DNA of 28,661 nucleotides. Source: Thermoproteota archaeon (GTDB lineage: Archaea; Korarchaeota; Korarchaeia; Korarchaeales; Korarchaeaceae). Positions 17,650 to 26,309 of the stretch are shown here, piece after piece. A program made the translations under genes and the position numbers. Location: contig JAVCBY010000099.1 in NCBI GenBank assembly GCA_037917625.1, positions 1 through 28,661 on the forward strand, written 5' to 3'. The notes under the pieces are model-generated. The model saw nothing but the letters and a program-made list of their open reading frames with translations. It did no database searches and was not told where the DNA came from. Each line of letters opens with the position of its first letter. Position 1 is the stretch's first letter.

Positions 17650-19068
17650 TTATACCATAATTCTCCATTTAGTTCCTTTAGGAGTGTCCTGCACGTCGAT
17701 CCCTAGCTCTCTCATCCTTCCCCTTATCTCATCAGCGAGATCGTATTCCTTTCTCCTCCTCAGATCCTCCCTCACATCAAGTATGAGGGAGATTAGAGCA
17801 TGAAGCATTGAAGTATCAGGACCTTCCTCGATTCTTAGGCCTAATAGATCCAGGAGCTCTGAGAAGGTAGAGATAACTTCATTCATACCAGCCTCGCTTA
17901 TCCTACCTCCCCTCCCGGAGAAGGAATTCACATCACTCACTAATTCATATAGCTCGCCTAGGGCTTCGGCAGTATTTACATCATCGAGCATCCTCTTATA
18001 GAAAGAACTCCTCCTTTCCCTAACTTTACTCAAGAATTCCCTCTCCTCATCCCCTCCTTCCCCTATCTCCAGCTCTTTGAAGTTCTCGAGGCAGTTAACT
18101 ATCCTCTCATAACTGCTCCTCGCTTGCTCCAAATATTCCCACCTGAAGTCTATCGGCGACCTGTAGTGCCTCGAGAGGAGGAATAGCCTGAGCGTATTAG
18201 CATCATACTTCCGAAGGGCATCCCTTATAGTCACGAAATTCCCTAGAGATTTAGACATCTTTTCCCCTTCGACTGTCAGGAGGCCCGTGTGTATCCAGTA
18301 CTTAACGAAAGGCTTCTCCCCAGTGAAGCTCTCCGCTTGCGCTATTTCCGCCTCATGATGGGGGAAAGCTAGCTCTATTGCGCCACCATGTATATCGTAC
18401 TGCTTCCCGAAGTGCCTTATTGATATAGCTGTATCCTCTATATGCCAGCCGGGCCTCCCGTAACCCCAAGGCGAGTCCCAGCCGAATTCCTCCCTAGGCC
18501 TGTTCCTCCAGAGGGCGAAATCCCCCGGATTTCTCTTAGTTGGATCTGGCTCTATCCTGTGGACCCTCAGTTCCTCAGGCCTCTGACCCGAGAGTTTCCC
18601 GTAGTCCGGGAAAGTCGTTATATCAAAATATACGCCGCTCTCAGTTACGTAAGCTTTACCCAATTTTATCAGGGCCTCTATCTGCTCAAATATCTCCTTT
18701 AGGTAATCGGAGGCTCTAGCGTATAGATTCACGCTCGTTATGTTGAGGGCCCTCATGTCCTCATAATAGTAGCTCTCGAACTCCCTCGCTAACTCGATAG
18801 GATCCCTCCCTTCCTCAGCAGCTCTATTGACTATCTTGTCATCAACATCCGTTATATTCTGGAGGTAGAAGAGGGAGTAACCTAGCTTCCTCAATAGCCT
18901 AGCGAGCGTATCATAGAAAACGTAGGTCCTTGCATGGCCAAGGTGCGAGTAATCGTATACAGTAGGCCCGCAGACGAACATGAAAACTCTCCTTCCAACG
19001 AGGGGTTCGAAAGGCTCGAATCTCCTCGTGAGAGTATTGAAGACTACGAGATCAGCAAAGGCGGTCAC
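17650..19068 (-). CDS. cysS: Cysteinyl-tRNA synthetase
   Basis: VCGPTVYDYSHLGHAR, NITDVDDK, DFALW, GRPGWHIE, FPHHEAE and KMSKSLGN. Confidence 0.97.
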   Translation of the reverse strand: MTAFADLVVFNTLTRRFEPFEPLVGRRVFMFVCGPTVYDYSHLGHARTYVFYDTLARLLRKLGYSLFYLQNITDVDDKIVNRAAEEGRDPIELAREFESYYYEDMRALNITSVNLYARASDYLKEIFEQIEALIKLGKAYVTESGVYFDITTFPDYGKLSGQRPEELRVHRIEPDPTKRNPGDFALWRNRPREEFGWDSPWGYGRPGWHIEDTAISIRHFGKQYDIHGGAIELAFPHHEAEIAQAESFTGEKPFVKYWIHTGLLTVEGEKMSKSLGNFVTIRDALRKYDANTLRLFLLSRHYRSPIDFRWEYLEQARSSYERIVNCLENFKELEIGEGGDEEREFLSKVRERRSSFYKRMLDDVNTAEALGELYELVSDVNSFSGRGGRISEAGMNEVISTFSELLDLLGLRIEEGPDTSMLHALISLILDVREDLRRRKEYDLADEIRGRMRELGIDVQDTPKGTKWRIMV

Positions 19069-19102
19069 CCATAGCGAGCACCTGAGCTAAGGAGCTGTAC
19101 CA

Positions 19103-19114
19103 CTTATAAAGTTT
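19103..19114. promoter_or_regulatory. BRE/TATA element between divergent cysS and nitroreductase genes
   Basis: CTTATAAAGTTT, read on the minus strand as AAACTTTATAAG. An identical copy lies at 20502-20513. Confidence 0.65.
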
Positions 19115-19130
19115 TCTTGGAGGTAATAGT

Positions 19131-19850
19131 GTGAGGTACCCCGAGCTGCGTGAGAGCATAATAATATCTGCAGCCTTCCTCTCAGTTACAGTAATTCTTC
19201 TCTTTCTAACGGGAGCTTTAAGCATAGAGGTGCCCGTTTCTGAGGAGAAGAGAGTGGGAATAATTAAGCTACCGGAACCAATGCTCAAGGGCTCTGTCTC
19301 CGTTGAGGAAGCGATAAGCAAGAGGAGATCGATAAGGGAGTATAAAGATGAGCCCCTGAGACTGGAGGAGCTGAGTCAATTGTTATGGGCTGCTCAAGGG
19401 ATAACATCCCCCAAGGGATTCAGATCCGCCCCGAGCGCTGGAGCTACTTATCCACTCGAGATCTACGTCTCAGTGAGGGAGAAAGGAGTAATCGGGCTCT
19501 CAGCTGGGATCTATCACTACAACCCCTTCGAGCACTCCTTAGTCATTATTAAGGAGGGAGATCACTCCTTAGAAATTTATAGAGCATCTCTGAACCAGGA
19601 GTGGGTTAAGGAAGCCCCCATCTGCATAATAATAGCGGCTGATTTCAGCAGGACCACCTCTCGCTACGGCGCTAGGGGGGAGAGGTACGTCTACATGGAG
19701 GCCGGTCACGTGGGCCAGAATATATACTTGCAGGCAACAGCATTAGACCTAGGTACTGTAGCCGTAGGAGCTTTCCACGACGATCAATTGAAATCGATAA
19801 TAGGTTGTGAGGAGGCTCCGATATACTTATTCCCGGTGGGGAGAAAGTGA
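19131..19850 (+). CDS. Nitroreductase-superfamily flavoprotein (SagB/ThcOx-like) with N-terminal membrane anchor
   Basis: RRSIREY, LSQLLWAAQG, RSAPSAGATYPLE, EAGHVGQNIYL and VGAF. Hydrophobic residues about 10-30. Confidence 0.9.
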   Translation: MRYPELRESIIISAAFLSVTVILLFLTGALSIEVPVSEEKRVGIIKLPEPMLKGSVSVEEAISKRRSIREYKDEPLRLEELSQLLWAAQGITSPKGFRSAPSAGATYPLEIYVSVREKGVIGLSAGIYHYNPFEHSLVIIKEGDHSLEIYRASLNQEWVKEAPICIIIAADFSRTTSRYGARGERYVYMEAGHVGQNIYLQATALDLGTVAVGAFHDDQLKSIIGCEEAPIYLFPVGRK

Positions 19851-20044
19851 TGTTGATGCTCGATCATCATTCGTTGGGCTACATCTCCCTCTGGTATGGA
19901 ACAGCTACTCTAATGACGGGGATAATATTACTGATCAACAAGAAGCCTATCTTAAAATATGTGAGGTATATCAGGCTCCTCCACTTACTGCTAGGGGCTA
20001 CTACAGGTCTGCTCGGCCTCCTCACTTATCTAGCTGCAATTTAA
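19850..20044 (+). CDS. Small two-helix membrane protein with His residues (cytochrome b-like candidate)
   Basis: ATG overlaps the nitroreductase stop (TGATG). HHSLG begins helix 1 and RLLHLLLG begins helix 2. Confidence 0.6.
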   Translation: MLMLDHHSLGYISLWYGTATLMTGIILLINKKPILKYVRYIRLLHLLLGATTGLLGLLTYLAAI

Positions 20045-20478
20045 GGTTTAGGCGGTGGATAGCTGCTAGTATCCTCGTAGAACCATAATACCGTCTCGCC
20101 GTCTGAGAGGAGGTACTTATCAGCAGCTACTGGCCCGAGCACCCAGCCCATCGATCTATCCCAGTACCACCATATCCAGTATCGGGACCCCTCATTCCTC
20201 ACGCCGTCTATGGAATTGATGAAGCACCCCATCCCGGGGTACTCCGTGTAGTTGACAGAAGCGACGCTCTTAGTCGCTTCCAGGAGAGTAGCCCCCCTCT
20301 TGAGCAAAGTTGAGTTGTGCCATTCAGTCCTGTTATCGTATCTTATCCCTATGTTCACCTTTATCACTCCCTCTTGTTCTCTCATTGCTTCATTCAAGTA
20401 GAGGGATGTGGATGCGACTCCCCAGATGAAGAAGAGCACGACTAATGCCTTGAGGACTCTCCCGCTCATATGCATCAT
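20041..20478 (-). CDS. Membrane-anchored DUF4430 (transcobalamin beta-domain-like) protein
   Basis: N-terminal TM, then TLLEAT, FINSIDGV.N, YWIWWY and AADKYLLSDGETVLWFY. Start placed at ATG 20478 from the TATA at 20502-20509. Confidence 0.78.
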   Translation of the reverse strand: MMHMSGRVLKALVVLFFIWGVASTSLYLNEAMREQEGVIKVNIGIRYDNRTEWHNSTLLKRGATLLEATKSVASVNYTEYPGMGCFINSIDGVRNEGSRYWIWWYWDRSMGWVLGPVAADKYLLSDGETVLWFYEDTSSYPPPKP

Positions 20479-20501
20479 GGATGGATTATCCATCCACAAT
20501 G

Positions 20502-20513
20502 CTTATAAAGTTT
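20502..20513. promoter_or_regulatory. BRE/TATA element between divergent DUF4430 and DUF4443-like genes
   Basis: CTTATAAAGTTT, identical to 19103-19114. Confidence 0.65.
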
Positions 20514-20535
20514 ACGCTCACCTCATGATTGCTTG

Positions 20536-21147
20536 ATGGCACTGAGCGAACTGAGATCGGCAATTGAGAGGCTTCCAGGCCCTTTACCGAATTATAACTT
20601 ACTGCATGCGATCCTCCTCATACTCACTCTCGAGAAGGGTCCTTGCGGGAGGAAGAGGCTATCATCTATTATCTCCCTCGGTGAGGGGAGCGCGAGGAGC
20701 CTCATCAGTAGGTTGAGGGATCTCAAATGGGTGGACTGTGGGAGGGAAGGATGTTTCCTCACACCTCTGGGCAGGGAGAAAGTTGAGGAGCTGAGGAAAT
20801 GTCTTTTAGGACCTATAAAGGTCAAGTTGATGGAACTCTTCAAGGGGGATGTTTACTTGACACTAGTTAAGTGCGTCAATTATTTCAATATCTTGGATCT
20901 GAGGGATGAGGCCGTCAGGTTCGGGGGCAAGGGGGCTCTTATATTGATCGCTAGGGGGAGGAGCTTTATATTCCCAGAGAGTGGAGAGGATCTATCGCTG
21001 TACGCTCCAAATGATAGCAAGCTCCTGGAAAGCTTAGGGGCTTCTGATGGTGATTTAATAATAATAGGGCTCTCAGATGATCCTCAGATATCTAAACTTT
21101 CCTCATTAGGGGCATCTTTGCTCGCGATCCAAGGTCCGGGGAAATAA
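20536..21147 (+). CDS. Winged-HTH protein, DUF4443-like putative regulator
   Basis: GP.GRKRLS..ISLGEGSARSLI..L...G..LT..G (HTH), followed by LRDEAVRFGGKGALIL and FPE. Confidence 0.72.
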   Translation: MALSELRSAIERLPGPLPNYNLLHAILLILTLEKGPCGRKRLSSIISLGEGSARSLISRLRDLKWVDCGREGCFLTPLGREKVEELRKCLLGPIKVKLMELFKGDVYLTLVKCVNYFNILDLRDEAVRFGGKGALILIARGRSFIFPESGEDLSLYAPNDSKLLESLGASDGDLIIIGLSDDPQISKLSSLGASLLAIQGPGK

Positions 21148-21182
21148 TTTAAAGCGATCAGTATTATTGGCTGGGTGCGAAA

Positions 21183-22553
21183 TTGAGCTGGTCCGTCCTC
21201 GAGGCACTGAGAAAGGATCCCGAGATCTTGAGGGAGAACCTGAGGAGGAGATTCCTCCCCCTGGATATGTTAGAGAGAGCAATAGAATTAGATAAGAAGT
21301 GGAGGGAGGCTGTCACTGAGTTGAATTCCCTCAGGGAGAGGAGGAATGAGATAAACAGATCCATACCTAGAGCGGATCCGAGGGAAAGGGAGGAGCTGAT
21401 AAGGAAGGCTAAGGAGATCGGTGAGGAGATAGAGAAGCTTGAGGGTATAGTTGAAAAGTTATCTCAGGAGAGGGATTCAATTTTAATGTCTATGCCGGCT
21501 TTAATAGATGATAGTGTCCCGATAGGGCCTAATGAAGATTATAATAGGCCTATAAGGTTCTGGGGTAAGCCAAAAGTACCTAAGAGCAAGTTGGATTCCT
21601 TCATGGAGGAAACTAGGGGTTTCAACGTTGAGTATGAGCTAATAGATTGGGAGCCAGTGGGTCACGCTGATGAACTCGAAGCGATGTTGAAGCAAATTGA
21701 TACAGTTAAAGCGGGGCAGTTAGCGGGTAGCAGGTTCTTCTACCTATTCAAGGATATAGTATGGCTTGAACAAGCCTTAATGCTTTTCGCTCTTGATAAA
21801 ATAAGTAGGAAGGGTTTCATACCGGTAATACCTCCATATATGATGAGGAGGGATTATTACCTCGGCGTAGTTGACCTGAATACGTTCGAGGACAGCATAT
21901 ACAAAGTAGAAGGGGAGGACCTTTACCTAATAGCCACATCGGAGCATCCATTAATAGCGATGCACGCTGGCGATACCTTCACTGAGGACGAGCTCCCTAG
22001 GCTCTACGTGGGCTTGAGCCCCTGCTTCAGGAAGGAAGCTGGTACGCACGGTAAGGACACTAAGGGGATATTCAGAGTGCATCAATTCACCAAAGTAGAG
22101 CAGATAGTCTTCTCGAAGCCTGAGGAAAGCAATTATTGGCACGAGAGACTGATAGAGAACGCTGAAGAGATCTACAGGGAGCTGGAGATACCCTATAGGA
22201 TAGTCAATATAGCATCAGGCGATTTAGGAGCTAGCGCTGCGAAGAAATACGATCTAGAGGGCTGGTTCCCAGCTCAGGGTAAGTACAGGGAGTTGGTGAG
22301 CTGTAGCAATTGTGTAGATTGGCAGAGCTACAGGCTCAAGATAAAGCTGGATAGGAAGGGCAGGAGGGAGTTCGTCCATACGCTGAACAGCACAGCGCTA
22401 GCTACGACGAGGACGATAAGCGCGATAGTGGAGAACCACCAGAGGGAGGATGGTAGCGTGAGGATACCTAGGGCCCTCAGGAAGTATCTCGAGATATTCG
22501 AGCAGGCCCCTAAGGAGGAAATAGTCCCAATAGGAAAAATATTGAAGGAATGA
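21183..22553 (+). CDS. serS: Seryl-tRNA synthetase (standard type)
   Basis: N-terminal coiled coil, YLIATSE, CFRKEAG, GIFRVHQF.KVE, ELVSCSNC and HTLNST. TTG start with GGGTG upstream. Confidence 0.97.
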   Translation: MSWSVLEALRKDPEILRENLRRRFLPLDMLERAIELDKKWREAVTELNSLRERRNEINRSIPRADPREREELIRKAKEIGEEIEKLEGIVEKLSQERDSILMSMPALIDDSVPIGPNEDYNRPIRFWGKPKVPKSKLDSFMEETRGFNVEYELIDWEPVGHADELEAMLKQIDTVKAGQLAGSRFFYLFKDIVWLEQALMLFALDKISRKGFIPVIPPYMMRRDYYLGVVDLNTFEDSIYKVEGEDLYLIATSEHPLIAMHAGDTFTEDELPRLYVGLSPCFRKEAGTHGKDTKGIFRVHQFTKVEQIVFSKPEESNYWHERLIENAEEIYRELEIPYRIVNIASGDLGASAAKKYDLEGWFPAQGKYRELVSCSNCVDWQSYRLKIKLDRKGRREFVHTLNSTALATTRTISAIVENHQREDGSVRIPRALRKYLEIFEQAPKEEIVPIGKILKE

Positions 22554-23945
22554 TCAGAGGAATATCTTCCCGGGGTTCATTATGCCGTTAGGGTCCAATA
22601 GCTGCTTTATCATCTTCACTACCTCAACGTAACCCTCTCCCCTCACTGCTTTTATCTCCTCTAAGAATAGCTCCTTCTTAGCGAGCCCTATACCGTGCTC
22701 CCCGCTTATAGCACCTCCCAGCTTTATAGCTAGCTGTCCGGTCTTCACGAATAGTTCCTTAGCTTTCCTCAATTGCTCCTCATCCCTAGGATCGAAGCAT
22801 ATATTCGGATGGAGATTTCCATCACCAGCGTGGCCGAAGACGGGCATCCTCAACCCATATTCCTTCCTCATCCTATCGAGTTCCCTTAATGCTTCCATGA
22901 GTTTAGATAGCGGCACGGTTATATCCTCGAGTAGCACCCCTGGATATGCCCTAGTGACAGCAGCGTAAGCGCCCTGCCTAGCTAAGTAGAGCTGCTCCAT
23001 CTCCTCGGGATCATCACTCGCTCTCGTCCTTCCCCCACAATCCTTTATAACGTTCTCAACTTCTCTAGCTATCCTCCAAACGCTTTCCCTAGGCCCATCT
23101 ACATCAGCCATCACCATGCCTTCCGCTACCTCTATGTTATAGCCCAGGGACTCGTTGACTATCTCGATCGTCTCCCTATCGAGTAACTCCAATATCATTG
23201 GGACGTAACCCCTCCTCCTTATTTGAGAGATAGCTTTACCAGCGTCCTCTATCCTATCGAATACACCTAGGACCCTAACTACCTTCTCTGGGAGTGGATA
23301 GATCTTGAGCCAAGCTCTAGTTATGACGCCTAGCGTCCCCTCTGAGCCTATGAATAGGGACATCAGGTCAGGGCCCCACCTCCACTTGTAGACTGGCTCA
23401 CCTATCCTGAGTTTCTTGCCCCCTGGGAGTATAACTTCCATCGCGAGGACCCAGTTCTTCATGACGCCGAACTTAGCCCCCCTGAGGCCTCCTGCGTTCT
23501 CAGCTAATGAGCCGCCTATAGTCGCTATCCTCGAGCTAGCTGGATCGGGCGGGAAGAAGAAACCATGGCTCCTGCAGGCCTTATCTACCTCTAGAACAGT
23601 AGCTCCAGCTTCAGCCATGACGTAACCATCATCTATGTTCACCTCTACCTTATTCATCGGCGTGAGATCCAGCACGATAGCTCCGGGGACTGCCGGGACT
23701 GAGCCACCGCTGAGAGAAGTGCCGCTCCCCCTGGGGACTACTGGCACCTTCTCCCTGTCCGCTAGCTCTAATACAGCTCTGACGTCTTCCTCACCGCCAG
23801 CCCTGATCACAGCAGCTGGAGGTTGTTTGAACTCCGTATAAGCATCTACGCCGTATGAATATAATTCCTCAGGCTCTGTGAATATCTTCTCCTTCCCTAT
23901 CCTCTTACTCAACTCAGAGAGCACGGATCTCATACCCGAGCTCAT
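22554..23945 (-). CDS. FAD-linked oxidoreductase, GlcD / D-lactate dehydrogenase family
   Basis: PRGSGTSLSGG, FPPDPAS, TIGG..AENAGG, GSEGTLG, GHAGDGNLHP, SGEHGIG and DPNGIMNPGK. Confidence 0.93.
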   Translation of the reverse strand: MSSGMRSVLSELSKRIGKEKIFTEPEELYSYGVDAYTEFKQPPAAVIRAGGEEDVRAVLELADREKVPVVPRGSGTSLSGGSVPAVPGAIVLDLTPMNKVEVNIDDGYVMAEAGATVLEVDKACRSHGFFFPPDPASSRIATIGGSLAENAGGLRGAKFGVMKNWVLAMEVILPGGKKLRIGEPVYKWRWGPDLMSLFIGSEGTLGVITRAWLKIYPLPEKVVRVLGVFDRIEDAGKAISQIRRRGYVPMILELLDRETIEIVNESLGYNIEVAEGMVMADVDGPRESVWRIAREVENVIKDCGGRTRASDDPEEMEQLYLARQGAYAAVTRAYPGVLLEDITVPLSKLMEALRELDRMRKEYGLRMPVFGHAGDGNLHPNICFDPRDEEQLRKAKELFVKTGQLAIKLGGAISGEHGIGLAKKELFLEEIKAVRGEGYVEVVKMIKQLLDPNGIMNPGKIFL

Positions 23946-23955
23946 GATCTCACCC

Positions 23956-25338
23956 CTAGGGGACCGTCCCCGAGTATATAGCGTAAGCCCTCCCGTAAAC
24001 TATGAGCTCTTGCACGTGGAGGCCAGCGGGACACTCCTGGGAGCATCTACCGCAGAGGACGCATGTATAAAGCCTATCCAAGACCTCCCTCGGCCTCACT
24101 GGATCCCCACTAACTAATGAGTTTATTAAAGTGATTCTCCCCCTGGATGATCTACTCTCGAGTCTATTCATCGCTTTGGAAGTGGGGCATTCCACGTTGC
24201 AGAAGCCGCACTTCTTACACCTATCTGTTTCCATCTTGAGGACCTTCGATAAATCTTCTAAACTTAAGCTATCGAAATGAGGGCTCTTAGGGAAGACTTT
24301 GTACCTCTTAAAGCTCTTCACCTCGCTCTCAACATTCTCAGATCCTCTAGCCATGGCCTCAGCTATTAAGGAAGCGAGGTCCTCCACTTCAATGCGATGG
24401 CCGATGGAATCGAACCCGGTCCTCAGCATTAAGATGCAAGCAGGACAGGAAGTCAGGACTAAGCTAGCTCCAGTCCTCTTGAGCTCCATCACCCTATCGA
24501 GAGATACCTTCCTAGCCACAGGAGGTTGAGTGAGTTCTAATCCTCCGTCACCACTGCATCCCGTGAATATGCCTCTCCTCTCCGGTTCCACGAGCTCAAC
24601 ACCATCTATCCTAGATAGGATGAACCTGATCTCATCCACGACTCCGAGCGTTCTAGCTAAGTAGCAGGGGTCGTGATAAGTCACCCTGATCTCCCTACCT
24701 AGATCGAACTTCAGGCCCAATTCAGCCATCCTCTCAGCCACTACCTCGACGAAATGGTAGCATTCTACATCCCAACCATCGACGAACTCTGGATAGTAGA
24801 GCCTGAAAGCTGTGGCAACGATGGGATCGAGCGTTATTATCCTCCTAACTCCCAACTCCTTGAGTCTCTCGTGCACCCAATTAGCGTGTTCCTTGAACTC
24901 CCTCAGGAGGCCGTACGTGTGTAGTGCTACGCCAGAAGGTGGTTCATCCTCGAAGAGGAACCCGATCTCAACCCCTAACCCCTTCAAAACTTTAACAGCA
25001 TCTTGCAAAGCCTTCTCGTATCTCTTATTAATCCCTCCCCATAAACTGTTCATCCCCACAGTGTAGATACCTAGCTTCCTCATGATAGGCCCTATCTTCG
25101 CGAGATGATTTATTTCCATTAGCCCTTCAACTCTTCTCAAGATCCTGAAGGCCCCCTCGGAATATCCCATCACGGGATACATCTCGCCAGCGTAGAATAT
25201 CGTTCCATTTACGGGTCCCCTCTCGAGCAATCCCTTGGCCCACTCCACTCTCTTACTCGCTCCTATCCCGAGGACATCTCCGACTTCCTTCGTATTTCTC
25301 GCGGCGAAGCTCACTACTTCGGGGACGATCGATCCCAT
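23956..25338 (-). CDS. Fe-S oxidoreductase subunit (GlcF/HdrD-like) with CCG domains first and 2[4Fe-4S] domain last
   Basis: YHDPCYLAR...GCSGDGG...TSCPAC, then C-terminal CKKCGFCNVECP and CVLCGRCSQECP. Lies 10 bp upstream of the GlcD-like gene. Confidence 0.85.
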   Translation of the reverse strand: MGSIVPEVVSFAARNTKEVGDVLGIGASKRVEWAKGLLERGPVNGTIFYAGEMYPVMGYSEGAFRILRRVEGLMEINHLAKIGPIMRKLGIYTVGMNSLWGGINKRYEKALQDAVKVLKGLGVEIGFLFEDEPPSGVALHTYGLLREFKEHANWVHERLKELGVRRIITLDPIVATAFRLYYPEFVDGWDVECYHFVEVVAERMAELGLKFDLGREIRVTYHDPCYLARTLGVVDEIRFILSRIDGVELVEPERRGIFTGCSGDGGLELTQPPVARKVSLDRVMELKRTGASLVLTSCPACILMLRTGFDSIGHRIEVEDLASLIAEAMARGSENVESEVKSFKRYKVFPKSPHFDSLSLEDLSKVLKMETDRCKKCGFCNVECPTSKAMNRLESRSSRGRITLINSLVSGDPVRPREVLDRLYTCVLCGRCSQECPAGLHVQELIVYGRAYAIYSGTVP

Positions 25339-25657
25339 GAGATCCCCCGGCCGCAGCGCATTGGAAAAATATTAAGTTTTGGTTCTCTTCAAGTGCTGGG
25401 GATCTCCCGATTTTTTACACGTTGTGTCGAGAGCCTCATGTCACTTTTGCTGAGGAATCAAAACACTCTCAAATAAATTCATCATTCCTACACCAATGAT
25501 TCCAAGGCTGTTGAATTCCATTGATAGTCCTTGATAGTATCTAATAATCGCTCCTTAACGGGGACTTATGCTCAGAATTCTCTTCCAGGAAGACTTCACT
25601 AAAACTCTAGTGTTCAGATCTCCAAGATGAATCATGATTAAACATATATGCGATTCC

Positions 25658-26011
25658 TCACTTTAGGATTTCCCCTATTTCTCTCATCAAACGCTCCGCT
25701 ATAGCTACGATCTCCTCCGCCTCCTCCCCGAAGGTATCCGCTCTATGATCGGCCTTCTTCCTCAGATCGAATAAGAAGAGGTAACTTGATTTGATCTCCT
25801 CAGCTCTTTCTCTCCCGACCTTCCTCTTAACCTCCCTAAATAACGCGTTAGCTATCTTATCATCCCTCCTCGTCATTAGACCCGGAAAGAAGCTCTCAAC
25901 GAAGAGCCTAACGGCGAAATATGAGGCTGAGACAGCTTTATTGTAGCACCCATGCTTCAGATCTTCCTTAGCCTCCCTGAGTAATATCTCGGCTTTATCT
26001 AACTTTGACAT
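25658..26011 (-). CDS. HEPN domain protein
   Basis: KAEILLREA..DL..G.YNKAVSASYFA and LFDLRKKADH. ATG 26011 preferred because GGTGGAAGGG lies upstream. Confidence 0.8.
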   Translation of the reverse strand: MSKLDKAEILLREAKEDLKHGCYNKAVSASYFAVRLFVESFFPGLMTRRDDKIANALFREVKRKVGRERAEEIKSSYLFLFDLRKKADHRADTFGEEAEEIVAIAERLMREIGEILK

Positions 26012-26309
26012 CCCTTCCACCTGAGCTCATGAAGACCCTAACAGCTTCCTCATCCCCCTCATCCACTACCAAAGGATTCAGTCTCTCACCGCTCCTCACA
26101 GCTAGCTCCATCACCCTCCTCACATCATCTAGCGTGGGATTCTCGATCACCACAAGCACATTCGAATCGTACACCTGATCATCTGGACTAGGAAGGGCTA
26201 TAACTCTCTTCAGACGCACGCCAAAGTGAAGCAGGAGGCTCTCCGCGAACTTGATAATGGAGACTGCCCACCCCTCGGACCCGCGCATCTCCAGTACTAT
26301 AGGGAGCAT
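25995..26309 (-). CDS. Minimal nucleotidyltransferase (MNT)-fold protein with degenerate catalytic motif
   Basis: Size and layout match MNTs (F.E.L...FG..LKRVIAL..S.......DSNVLVVI...LNPLVV). Overlaps the HEPN gene. TATA-like TTTATTA about 25 nt upstream. Confidence 0.65.
   Translation of the reverse strand: MLPIVLEMRGSEGWAVSIIKFAESLLLHFGVRLKRVIALPSPDDQVYDSNVLVVIENPTLDDVRRVMELAVRSGERLNPLVVDEGDEEAVRVFMSSGGRDVKVR

Noticed and set aside
19131..19850. RiPP (thiazole/oxazole) biosynthetic cluster suggested by the SagB-like domain
   Set aside because: No YcaO, E1-like protein or Cys/Ser-rich precursor nearby. Stand-alone SagB-like nitroreductases are common in archaea.
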